A stretch of DNA of 63,209 bases, the filler included, from Collodictyon triciliatum (Eukaryota), in the NCBI GenBank assembly GCA_043381765.1. It is 7 parts of 7 records of this genome, joined end to end, with 100 filler letters (N's around TTAATTAATTAA, not from the genome) between each part and the next. Parts side by side here need not be neighbours in the genome. Positions count along the whole stretch, not along the records: positions 18,359 to 27,432 come from JBHJMP010003170.1; positions 27,533 to 36,595 come from JBHJMP010003171.1; 5 more parts are not named here. One strand, written 5' to 3'. A program made the position numbers and the translations under genes. This document shows, piece after piece, positions 24,701 through 36,520 of this stretch. The notes beneath the pieces were generated by a model. That model was not told where the DNA came from and made no database searches. It worked only from the letters and a program-made list of their open reading frames with translations. How positions within the stretch are numbered: position 1 is the first letter of the stretch; each line of letters begins with the position of its first letter.

Positions 24701-27093
24701 ATCTCAGTAACTCAATCCTTGATGGTGCAAACTTAACTAGTGCCAACTTGGATGGTGTGGACTTCACGAATTCGATGCTTGGTGATTGTGTTTTTGATCA
24801 TGCGAATATGAATAATGTGAAATTCGGAATTTCCCATCATAAATTGGAAGGTCATAGAAATGCTGTCATGAGTATTTGCAGTATTCAAGGACCAAATGGT
24901 GAAAACTGGTTGGCTTCTAGAAGTCGTGAAAAAACAATACGAATTTGGGATGTGGCCACAGGAAACCATATCAAAACATTAAAAGGTCACACAAGAGATG
25001 TCACTAGTGTTTGCAGTATTCAAGGACCGAATGGTGAAAATTGGCTGGCCTCTGGAAGTCGTGATAAAACAATACGTATTTGGGATATAGCCTCAGGAAA
25101 CCATATCAAAACACTAGAAGGTCATACAAGTTATGTCATGTGTGTTTGCAGCATTCCAGGACCGAATGGTGAACGCTGGTTAGCTTCTGGAAGTAATGAT
25201 AATACAATACGTATTTGGAATGTAGCCACAGGAAATCAAATCAAAACATTAGAAGGTCATACTGAGAGTGTCACTAGTGTTTGCAGCATTCAAGGTCCGA
25301 ATGGCGAAAAGTGGCTGGCTTCTGGAAGTGTTGATAATACAATACGTATTTGGGATGTAATCACAGGAAATCAAATCAAAACATTAGAAGGTCATACAAG
25401 GTGTGTCACTAGTGTTTGCAGTATTCAAGGACCGAATGGTGAAAAGTGGCTGGCTTCTGGAAGTTATGATAATACAATACGTATTTGGAATGTAGCCACA
25501 GGAAATCAAATCAAAACATTAGAAGGTCATGTAGAACGTGTCACCAGTGTTTGCAGTATTCAAGGACCGAATGGTGAAATATGGTTGGCTTCTGGAAGTA
25601 GCGATTATACAATACGTATTTGGGATGTAGCGACAGGAAATCAAATAAAAACATTAAAAGGTCATGCAGAAGCTGTCAATAGTGTTTGCAGTATTCAAGG
25701 ACCGAATGGTGAAAATTGGCTGGCTTCAGGGAGTGGTGATAATACAATACGTATTTGGGATATATTCACAGGAAACCATATCAAAATATTAGAAGGTCAT
25801 AAACGTTCTGTCACTAGTGTTTGCAGTTTTCAAGGACCGAATGGTGAAAAGTGGTTGGCTTCTGGAAGTCGTGATAAAACAATACGTGTTTGGGATGTAG
25901 TCAAAGGAAATCGTATCAAAATATTAAAAGGACATACAGAAGCTGTCACTAGTGTTTGCAGTATTCAAGGACCGAATGGTGAAAAGTGGCTGGCTTCTGG
26001 AAGTAGTGATTATACAATACGTATTTGGGATGCAGCCACAGCAAACCAAATCAAAACATTAGAAGGTCATACAAAATGGGTCACTAGTGTTTGTAGTATT
26101 CAAGGACCGAATGGTGAAAATTGGCTGGCTTCGGGAAGTGGTGATAAAACAATACGTATTTGGGATGTAGCAACAGGAAACCAAATTAAAATATTAAATG
26201 GTCATACAGATGAAGTAACTAGTGTTTGTAGTATTCAAGGACCGAATGGTGAAATATGGCTGGCTTTTGGAAGTGGTGATAAAACAATACGTATTTGGGA
26301 TGTAGCAACAGTAAGTCAAATCAAAACATTAGAAGGTCACACAAAATGGGTCACTAGTGTTTATACTATTCAAGGACCGAATGGTGAAATATGGCTGGCT
26401 TCTGGAAGTGGTGATAAAACAATACGTATTTGGGATTTGGCCACTGGAAACCAAAGACATGGCCTGCAAAAATCAGAAGTGACCTACACCCAAGGAAAAT
26501 ATCTAGTCAAGAAAGAAAAGCCAGACGAAGTCATCGCAGTATTCAACAGAACAAGTGATGCGATGGACATGATTGATACCAACAGAATCCAAGATGCAAA
26601 GACAGTCCAGATTATCGGCCTAAGAAAGCTGCAAGGTGGAAACATCCAAATCAGAAACGTCACGGGATTGAGTCGATTCAACAAATCTCTCCTTCTTTCA
26701 ATCGGAGCTGCTTCCTTTGATGCGGACTTTGCTGTCTATGGTGAACAGAGTAAGTTGACCAACTTCCAGGCTCAAATGATGGCTGAGTGCTATGAGAATG
26801 GATGGGGTGTTGGAAAGGACACCGAGAAAGCAGCTGAGTGGAGAATTATCGCTCCCATGATATCATCATTAGACTTTGATGGATTGAAACATCTTGCACA
26901 ACAAGGCTCAAAGGGTGCATTCAATTTTTTGAAAGAAATGGCTGAAATTAAGGAAGACATTCTGACCCGATTGGGAGACAAAATTGGTGAAAAACACAAA
27001 CATCCACAAGCTGTTTCTATTGTGGCTGAGTGCTATGAGAATGGGTGGGGTGTTGAGAAGGACACCGAGGAGGCTGCTGAGTGGAGACAGTAA
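18737..27093 (+). CDS. NLR-like STAND NTPase: DUF4062 - NACHT - TPR array - pentapeptide repeats - 12 WD40 repeats - 2 Sel1-like motifs
   Basis: DUF4062 motifs RLFLSSTFRDMQQERDEF, IDLRWG, LGARYGWIP, SVTEYE. Walker A AESGIGKSS (~20271), Walker B FVFLIDAINQI (~20800), HPLYLRII. 42-aa TPRs (LGENHPNVVACY type). The terminal exon 24081-27093 is in frame with the preceding phase-2 intron. Confidence 0.88.
24841..26451 (+). repeat. Tandem array of twelve 135-nt (45-aa) highly similar WD40 repeats
   Basis: Unit ~ QIKTLEGHxxxVTSVCSIQGPNGExWLASGSxDxTIRIWDVATGN. caaggaccgaatggtgaa-type anchors recur every 135 nt (e.g. 25021, 25156). Confidence 0.97.
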
Positions 27094-27824
27094 GACTCAG
27101 CTTAACAAGGTAAGTAGTGTTATGAATGAATATTAATATATGTTCGTTAACTCTATTAATCATTTTAGATGGAGAGATTCTCTGAGTTTTTTTCAAGCAG
27201 ACCTCCACTTTTTTCCCACAAGGACGCTCCATGAAAATAGAATAAGCCATAAAAAAATGAAAGCATAGCTGACCGACTCGTTGAATTCTTCTTTCCTTTT
27301 TCTTTTTTCTTTTTTCTTTTTTCTTTTTTCTTTTTTCTTTTTTCTTTTTTCTTTTCTTTTTTCTTTTTTCTTTTTTCTTTTTTCTTTTTTCTTTTTTCTT
27401 TTTTCTTTTTTCTTTTTTCTTTTTTCTTTTTTNNNNNNNNNNNNNNNNNNNNNNNNNNNNNNNNNNNNNNNNNNNNTTAATTAATTAANNNNNNNNNNNN
27501 NNNNNNNNNNNNNNNNNNNNNNNNNNNNNNNNGTGTCTGTGTCTGTGTCTGTGTCTGTGTCTGTGTCTGTGTCTGTGTCTGTGTCTGTGTCTGTGTCTGT
27601 GTCTGTGTCTTTCTCTTCCCATCTCCATTTTTCTTCTTCTTCTTTTTAATATCCCTTCTCTACGCAACTTCTACTGCAAAAAAAAAAAAAAACAATCTTT
27701 TTTATCTTTCTCTCCGATCCATTTCTATTAATCCATAATTGGTTTGTGCAGCTTGTTGGGTATGTCTCTTACTAAACTTATCTTCCGCCTTCCGCCTTCC
27801 CCGTCCCCTTCCTCTCTTGTATAG

Positions 27825-28043
27825 ATTAAATCATTTACGATATGGAGTGTTCAAGGCAAGGGTACATACTTTGTCTTTGGGACAAATAATGGGACAATAT
27901 TTTTTGTTCAATCGGACGACCCCACCAACAAATTTCTCCTAGACAATGACCCGTATCCAGTCACATACCTCGCAGCGAAGGAGTCTCAATTGATTATTGT
28001 CCGCGAAAACGGCACTATGGAATTTCTCCATTTCCCCCAATGA
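27825..28043 (+). CDS. 3'-terminal two exons of an unidentified gene cut by the spacer
   Basis: Exons 27825-27861 and 27943-28043 splice in phase to IKSFTIWSVQGKDNDPYPVTYLAAKESQLIIVRENGTMEFLHFPQ*, which resembles a final beta-propeller blade. Confidence 0.45.
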   Translation: MKSFTIWSVQGKGTYFVFGTNNGTIFFVQSDDPTNKFLLDNDPYPVTYLAAKESQLIIVRENGTMEFLHFPQ

Positions 28044-28606
28044 CCGATGACATCACAAACCCAAAACCCAAAACCCAAAATCCAAAAAAAAAAAAAAAAA
28101 AGTTACCCTTTACCTGACGCTCGGACTCTTCCTCTTTCGATATCCCAATCTATCCAATATTTTTCTTTCCTCTCTTTCAAGAAGAAAAGAAAAAGGAAAT
28201 AACAATCTAACCCAAGCAAAACAAAAAACGTGATGGGCCATCGTCCAAACTCTTCGCCTTTGGAGATAGTATATAAAATTCAGGGAGAAGATTCCATCTG
28301 GATTGAGGCTTACACAGCCCTTGAAAAAACAAAAACAAAGTAAATATCATACAAAACCAAACATAATTACTCCCAAGGTAAAGAGAGCTTGGAAGAAACT
28401 CTCACAGCGGATATGTACACTAAAGGCAGCCAAGAGTGAATTTATTTTTTAATCAGAAAAAATGAGAAAAAGAGAGAGAGAGGTAAAGCGACTGTGTTGT
28501 AGAATTTGGGATAGACTGAAGGCAATCAGCGATAAGAAAAAGGAGGTGTAATATGTATAAAAAGGCATATATCTCCCACCTTTCTTGGCATTCGTGAGGG
28601 TAATCC

Positions 28607-31326
28607 TTATTGTCTCATCTTTTTGTCATGCACCCCAAGTAACCTTTTTCTAATCAGACGCTTCATTTCATTCTTGAATTGAAGCAAGCGATTTTGATCT
28701 GGAGGCAGACTTTTGCGAGATGCATGTGATACCGCTTCATTCCATTCTGACAATAGCTCATCGTCACTCAGGGATAGCAAGGTGGTCTCTTTTCGACGTT
28801 CTGAGTACTCAGCAAAGGAACGATACGGATAATGGTAGATGTCCAGGACACCCGCGGTTTGGACCACTTCAGTGGGAGGAATACCATGTGGCTGTGATAT
28901 CAAATGCGCTTGATACTGTGACTTGCGGCGCAGGTCTGGTGGTGGGAAATTCATGACAGCCACCAACAACGGATTTGATAGGCCATCCTCTTGGAGTCCC
29001 ACCACAAAAAGGGGACGGAATACAGACCTGGCTTGTGATGGGATGAAAGAGGGAAGTGTCTTGGGTTGTGTGACATTCTGGCACCTCTCAAACGATAAAC
29101 CAATTCTTTGCAAGGCTTGGTCAACATTCTTGCTCTCAAGCCCTTTTTCAGAATCGGATAGTGCGTCTGGTTTTCCCTTTGAATCCTGAATGATGGCTTT
29201 TGCCTCTGCTGTTGCATCAACTAGGGACTGTAAATCACGGTCGCTAATATCCTGTTTGGAAGAGGGCCCAAAAGAAATACGTGGAACCATGAGGACTGGA
29301 ATCAAGTCGGAAACTTCATTCTTGTTCAAATGATCTTTTGCGTCGGCAAAATTGTCCTGCATATCGAGATTTGGTGCAGCATTAGGATTGCCTTCTCCTT
29401 GACGAGGCTTTTTGAGAAGTGTTTTACTATGGGCGAATCTGATTTGTAGTGCCCTCTTGACCGTATCAAAAGGCTTCCTTGGGACTATGAACTCGTCTAC
29501 TTGAAGATACGTCATCCATTGTGTAAGCGGACCGAACTTTCGCATAGCATCCGTCAGGGCTAATGCAGCAGCATGAGGGTAATGTTTGCTCCACCTGACC
29601 CTGGTCAATCCAGAAGGAAACTCCTTAAAAAGGGTGTCTAAAATGTGATCAGATGACGGAGCTGCGTCGTAGATAATGATGCGGTCGTATCCTTGGAGCA
29701 GATGATATTCTAACCATTCCCTCAGATGGAATATTAAGCGAGAGCGTGCACGAAGGCCTTTGGGTGATAAAGGGGCAATATACGTGACAAGAGTCATAAT
29801 AACAGGCTCGATGGACGGAACTTCCAATGTCCTCAACTGGGTCGGGGTAGTAAAGAACTTCAAGTCGTAAGAGAGTCTCAGGCGTAAATCTACATGAGAG
29901 TGTGATGACGGACGAACAGACTTGGGAACTTTACAGTAAGTGAAAGTAGGCCCTCCTGAGCGCGCCAGAGCAGCATCGATGGTCCCATCGGGATGCTCCC
30001 AGAAACAATACATCGAATCACATGACGAGGAAAGCGAAGAGTTTCGAAGGGGTAGGTAGGGCGCTATGACAAAGACCTCTGACGAGGGTTCCAGCTTGTT
30101 GGAGTCGGTCGCATATAGTGCTTGAATCTCAAATGGTCGCTTGGAATTGACTGAAAGATGAATTTGGGTGGCCATGTCTTCATGGTCATGAATAAAGAGC
30201 TGCACAGTCCATTGGATTCGATCGAGGGGTATGGTAGAATGGGGAGTGGGAGGCATACAAGCAGGGATTCCTACAGGGGGGCACACGGCGTGTTCAATGT
30301 CCTTACAAAATACATTAGATTTGTGCTTCTCGCCAGTGTTAGAACGATAGATGCACACAGCATTTGAATTGCATTTCATATCTTTGGGCAACTTGAATTC
30401 TGTTGAGCCCCATTCCGAGCATAAGCGTACACAGGTTTGGGACATATCTTCCAAGTATCCTTGGTGATGATTTTGCATGTCTGCATCGACCGTGCTTGAA
30501 TTCTGTACTTCCTGGTCCTCGAGATCGATGCGGTTGAACATAAATCGGCGCACACGAACCTCAAAAGGCAGGTGAAATGATGGGTTCCATCCACGATTGA
30601 CAACACCTCCTTCTTGGACTCCTGATAAAGGCAAAACAGAGTCGCCTGTGGGAGGGGGTAATCTACATGGCTGGCCCTGCGCGTTCTTGGGTGTTGTATC
30701 ATCAGCCCTTGTGTTCCTTCCCGCTTGGCCAAAGTTGAAGGTACTTCGGAGTACATAGATGAGATTCAGGCAGAGGATGACAACAAGACTTACACGGAGC
30801 AGATGACCAACCTTTAGGTATTTGTGAAAGGAAAATAAAATTAATATGTACAAATACAAACAAAGGAAATATAATATGTGTAAAAAAATAAAAAAAGTAA
30901 AAGAAAAAGTAAAAGAAATAGAAAAAGAAATAGAAAAAGAAATAGAAAAAGAAATAGAAAAAGAAATAGAAAAAGAAATAGAAAAAGAAATAGAAAAAGA
31001 AATAGAAAAAGAAATAGAAAAAGAAATAGAAAAAGAAAAAGAAATAGAAAAAGATAAAGAAAAAGATAAAGAAAATGGAGAAAAAGAAAATGGAGAAAAA
31101 GAAATAGAAAAAGAAATAGAAAAAGAAATAGAAAAAGAAATAGAAAAAGAAATAGAAAAAGAAATAGAAAAAGAAATAGAAAAAGAAATAGAAAAAGAAA
31201 TAGAAAAAGAAATATAAAAAGAAAAATATAAAAAGAGATATAAAAAGAAATAGAAAAACCTAGGTTTAGGGTGGAATGTGAAGAAAATAATGAGCTTCGA
31301 GGCTGATCTTTGCAGCCAGCCCCTCG

Positions 31327-31368
<42 letters not shown>

Positions 31369-31440
31369 TAAGTTTGAACTATATATGCGCGTCAATAACA
31401 ATACCGATAACCCTCGCGGAGACCGTGGCTGACTCTGCAT
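28607..31440 (-). CDS. Type II membrane glycosyltransferase, GT92/DUF23-like GT-A fold; 2 exons (31440-31405, 30811-28607)
   Basis: MQSQPRSPRGLS|VGHLLRVSLVVILCLNLIYVL gives a short cytosolic tail plus TM helix. Catalytic-domain motifs LREWLEYHLLQGYDRIIIYD, WMTYLQVDEFIVP and IYHYPYRSFAEY. Confidence 0.8.
30914..31215. repeat. (GAAATAGAAAAA)n 12-mer minisatellite in the glycosyltransferase intron
   Basis: Seen directly. The EKEI-repeat ORF is a by-product. Confidence 0.93.
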
Positions 31441-31817
31441 GCGTGTTGTCTTGGAAAATAAAAAAAAAACAGGTGCTGCCTGCAAACAAGAGTTATTGAG
31501 TGAAGTAAAGCTTGTAGACTCCCTTCGAGCACGCCTCGGGCATACTCATAAAATAAAGACGTGACTGAATCTTCTTCTTATTGTAAACTAAGTCATAAAA
31601 TAAATAAGTGACTGGGTTTGGCCCCATTGATCTAAAGACCGAGTTGTTTTGTTTTTTTCGGGTGTATTTGGTAAATGAAGTCGTTTTGTTATTTTTTTCC
31701 GTTAGTGGTGTGAGTGAATGTTTGTTTATGGGACAAAATCTGCTGGGCGAGGAGAGAAAGCATTCAACAGCAACCCTTTTCGAATGCGATTGCGTTGGGA
31801 GATAGAGAGCAGGTTGG

Positions 31818-34335
31818 TCACATGTCATCAAAGCTTGCATCTAGACCCAATTTCTTGGACTTCCTCCCATGCGTTGGTCGTGCATGCTTGTCCCGAAGGC
31901 GATGTTGAATCAGTGAGTTTGAGGCAACACCGATGCGCAGATCGAGTGACTTGACTTCACCCTAGAAATTAGATGTCTGTCAGGGCCGGAGAGGAATGAA
32001 GGTGTGAGATAGAGTCACAAGACCTTAATGCTTGATAGAGCCGCTTTAATCTTTGTGACAGGTGTAGCATCGGAGATGTTTGTGCTTAGTTCTTCCATAT
32101 GGCGCTACGAAAAGAAGGGGATTATACGATGCGATTCGATGCAAGAACTCTTCATAAACTTAACTATTGTAAACCCACTTTCACAGTTTCAAGTTCGTCT
32201 GTAACGCGGGTGAGTTCACTGGAAAAAGCTGTAATTTGGTGGCTACTATTTTTGTACTGCTCGCTCGTCTGAGTGAGTTTTGCCTGGGACTGTTTGAAAT
32301 CGCGTACCTGGAGAGGTGAGATTGTTATATAATAGGTTGCTACACAGATTTCTTTCGATACATTATATTTGAATTCAAGGACTTTTAATTTATGAGAAAA
32401 TTTTCAACTTAATTATTCATCACACATCACGCATCACACGCCACACATCACACATCATACATCACACATCACACATCACACATCACACATCACACATCAC
32501 ACATCACACATCACACATCACACATCACACATCACACATCACACGATACAAAACTAACCAAGGAATCAAACTGGGTGTTGAGGGTGTTTTCTCGAGCTTG
32601 AATCTTCTCCATCACTTTACCAACATCGGAGCCAAATTTATCAAGAGACGAATTCGTTTCACTCATGATATTTGATATCGCCTATATCACAATAACATGA
32701 TTGCAAATTTAGGCGAATTTTTACTCACATCCTTTGCATACGGTAGTATTTCTTTTTTGGAACGATGATTGTGGTTATATATATCCTCTTTGATTTGAAG
32801 AAATTGAATCTGTTCTTCAAAACATAGAATTAATTTATTGATATTTACGTCCTGATTCGAAACGATAGACTCCAAGTGCGTTCTCCACTCACGAGAGTCA
32901 GCTTGGATTGTCAGTTTAAGAAGTGGCCGAACTCTTTCAAGCTCAATCTTCCAGGCATTTGGGTCCACTTTGGACATTAATAAGTCATCATCCCTGTGGA
33001 TATCAATAGTTGGTCTCGATTATTTATAGGGTCGTTGATTATCAATTACTAATATATTAATAATATATAGTATGCATATAGATGTATAAATAGAAACCCA
33101 CAAGATCACATTTGTTTTCTTTTCTGGTTCTTCTCTGAATAGCTCATCATCTGCACCGTATAAATCTCCTACTTCATCAGCAATCTCGGCATTGTTTTCA
33201 CTTTCTGCAGCATCCCCACTTATGTCATCAGCGTAGCTAGAAAATAGGGAAACCCTCAATAAAAATAAGAGAAACCAAACATTATCGACCTTCATGTCAA
33301 TTCCTGACTAATTCTGATATTTTGGGCCAATAAAATGTTTCCAAAGACCATTCAACAAACCCATCAGGACGATGCGATATAGAGGCAAAACGAATCACGT
33401 TCCTCATACAGAGATCAGCCAGAGACTTCAGGACGGCGATTACACCCTCCCCAAAACCCACCTTAATTTTCGAAGCCACTGCTTCTACAACGATTCCCAT
33501 TTTCCTCAACTCTAGCACTGAAATACATGAGCCAAACAATAGAAAATATGTTAAAAATAGAATGGGATATTCACGTTACATCTGCCGTTTAGATTATCTT
33601 TTAAGGGCTGATATGTCTCACATATTGAGGCAGATGTTGTGTTGGGATCGTCGAATTGGGCCGGTGGTGGGAAGTAATGGTTATTTAAGCCCATCAGCCA
33701 GGAGACAATATTAGTGAAGTAGTGGAACTGCTGCTGGGGCTTGGAGTGAGGTTTGCAGAAATAGGAGCGATCAATTCTGGGGAAGTTTCTGCACGGGTCA
33801 TGGCAACACGCATTACAAAGGAAATAATTAAATTAACAATACTATTTGCTAAGGCAGAAAAATTATAAAAGGCATCCAAAGTTAGGATTGACAAACTTTG
33901 GGCGGCAAAACTTGATTTCATAGTCCAGTAACTTCAGGGCCTCCATCACTTCGTCTGCAAGAAGAAAGAGCGAAACATCTACCTTTTTTAATAGTGGGAA
34001 CGGAGCAATAAGCATGGGCATTAACATAATTATAAGCATTTTAAGGGTCTTTTAAAAGTTAAAAAAGAAAGAGGAGAGGCAAGGGAAGAGATGGCAACTC
34101 AAATACGCAACAATTTGAAGTAAATAAAAGCTGCTGCGTGAGCCTTAGGCTGCTGTCTTTACAAACAATTTTATGGGGTCTCAAAACAGCCGCAGCACAT
34201 TACAGCTTATTGGGAATCTTTGCTCATCAACAATCTTGCAGTACAAGAAAATAAAAGATCAAAAAAAAAAATAAAGGTTACCTCAGAAATCGACTTTCGT
34301 CCATCGGTGGGCATATACTTTTCCTCTTCGCTCAT
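31818..34335 (-). CDS. IFT57: Intraflagellar transport protein 57 (HIPPI); multi-exon
   Basis: DEVMEALKLLDYE, QQFHYFTNIVSWL, AQFDDPNTTSASI, KIKVGFGEGVIAVLKSLAD, VDPNAWKIELERVRPLLKLTIQADSREWRTHL, ISDATPVTKIK and LDLRIGV all follow the IFT57 pattern. Confidence 0.93.
32420..32543. repeat. (CACACAT)n intronic repeat in IFT57; (GTGTCT)n at 27533-27610
   Basis: Seen directly. Confidence 0.92.
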
Positions 34336-34750
34336 GTTGGATACCTATGGCTGCCAAAAGTAAGTGTACCCTCATGCGGCTGCCATCTTTGCCACTCACG
34401 TTTATCCAACACCACCGACTTGCGAACTGTTTTCGCGTTCAGCAAAGCGTGTTTGAAGTTTGATTGTTGTAGAGTTTTTTTGTCTCGTTTAAAAAAAATA
34501 GAAAAAAAAGCGAATAATGTACGGTATAAATAACGGAATCTTATTTTGGCATGATTAAAAGGGTCTTGTTCCACACCCAAAGTGCATCAACCGCGAAGGC
34601 GCGTTTTCGTGGGACTACGGGCATCCAAAAAGAGCAAAAGTTGACAGGAATCGAGACAACGTAGAAAGTTTCTTTATTGAAGATACGAGCCAACTAGCAT
34701 AATTTGATTTCATTTGTCGAAAGGACGTAGCGAGAGGCATTGTCAGGTTG

Positions 34751-36398
34751 CTAGTCTGCCGCACTGTCGATCTTTAATATTGATATTTTTTTTTGTTTTC
34801 CCCCAAAAAGATGGTTAAAAATTAAGAAATATAGTTTAAGAATAAATATCTCTATATCTACAAATATAAAATAATTGATTTTGAGAACCTTATTGAGGGA
34901 TATATCCAATTTTTCAATAGATGGAAGCAAAAATAGACATTCAGGAATCCTTTTAAACTGAAATAAAAATGATTTAAGGAGGCGGGGGATTCCCGTTTAT
35001 ATTTTACTATCGCGGCAATAAAACAGATTATAAATCACTTTGGGCTCGAAAGAAGCCATTTTTTCACTACAATCTAAACCTGGTTCATTCTCAAGTGAAC
35101 AGCCTTTAATTTCTTCATAGAGACAAACGAAGCTGGCAAATCTGAGAGCTATAAATGAATGGTTTATTAGCTTTGATTAATTTATGTAAAATGAAAAAAA
35201 AAGCTTAATTCATTTTTGGTGATAAAGAGACCTCATTGTAAGATAAATCTACAAGTTATTTCTCCAAAATCCATTTCGATGTTAGGGACCGAGCACAGCT
35301 GTTCATTTACGCGAATAATGTCATACAAGACTACTTTCTGGAGTTTTCTTGAATAAGAGCTCATCAAAGAAAGCGCTTGCATCTCGATATGAGACCAGCA
35401 TGGGATTATTGTGATGCTGCGATGTGCTCGATTAATTGTTAAGCTGCCCTTGTTTTCAATCATCAGTTCTTTCAAATTCGACAGACAACTTATTCCTTGC
35501 GGAAGTGTTTCGATCTGCATTCATGTTTCATAAATTGATGGAGAATGAGTATGATTGTGGCGCTTATTATGTCGCAGCAAAGAGGCGATTAAGAAATAAA
35601 GGTACCGGATTGTCGCAAATATTAAAGCGAATGATCGATTTTAGGCCCGATACTTCAATAGGTAAAACACTTAGTTGATTTTCTTGAATGTACAAGGAAG
35701 TCAAATTAGACAAAAGTGATATCGCAGGCGGCAGAGAGGTAAGCAAGTTCTTGGCTATTACAAGAGACTTCACCCACAAAAAATAGCAAAACCATGATGG
35801 AATCTCCCTAATCTAAAGTAGAGTACTTTTCTTATGAAAGATATATTAAATTTTAAAATCGGGAAATATTTGCATATAAAATATATAGTTACCTTGTTAT
35901 CTGTGAATATATAATTTTCGAATTTTTTTGGTATCAAGCAGAGCTCATGAGGTATGGTTTGTGTATGATTGCTCGTATACAGCAATTGATCCTTATGCAA
36001 TTCTAAAGAGCCCAAAAAAGATTGACCTTTATCTTGAAACATGTTCCGCCTCAAATTCATATCACATAATCTGGTAAGGTTTCGAAAATCGACCAGACTT
36101 GATATCTACAAATCAATTTTTATATGAGAGGAGAAATGCTTAAGTCCAGAAATTTTGTGATGTTTCATATCATACAGTTCACTGATAAATATATTTACGT
36201 GGTTCCCTGATAGATCTAGGGACTCAATGGAGGTCATTTTAGCAAAGAATGGCGGTATTTCGGGTAACTATAGAGGCTAAATGAATTAATGAATAAGATG
36301 AATATTCTAAAAATAATCGAAATGCCTACCAGCAAATCGTTGGCTTTCAAAATTTGAAGCCTGGTAAGACATGACATGGATTCAGGAATAGTTGATAG
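34751..36398 (-). CDS. Leucine-rich repeat protein LRR-3 (5' end lost at spacer; possible frameshift near 35250)
   Basis: LRR exons LSTIPESMSCLTRLQILKANDLL, LPEIPPFFAKMTSIESLDLSGNH, ...FNICDNP|, IETLPQG...INRAHRSITIIPCW, LSDLPASFVSMKKLKAVHLRMNQ and FKRIPECLFLLPSIEKLDISLNK. Confidence 0.8.
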
Positions 36399-36489
36399 CT
36401 ATTGAACAGGGAAGTATTGATATAACAAGTTGCATCGTTATGTTATTTGGACGCAGATTCAATGACGAAAAAGCTGCTCAGATGGCATC

Positions 36490-36490
<1 letters not shown>

Positions 36491-36520
<30 letters not shown>

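Noticed and set aside
24841-26451. 135-nt periodic repeat as a CRISPR array or satellite
   Set aside because: Open reading frame throughout with WD40 consensus; no unique spacers and no cas genes; eukaryotic context.
16999-27093. LRR-1 and the NLR-like gene as a head-to-head sensor/helper pair
   Set aside because: They are separated by an artificial spacer (18259-18358), so the adjacency is not evidence.
30841-31485. ORFs of EKEI/FLFL repeats and other homopolymeric ORFs (poly-F, -S, -C, -L, -K, YVCM, CIVLY)
   Set aside because: Translations of intronic or intergenic microsatellites.
34128-34208. Imperfect inverted repeat in IFT57 intron 1
   Set aside because: Pairing is too short and interrupted to support a MITE or structured RNA.
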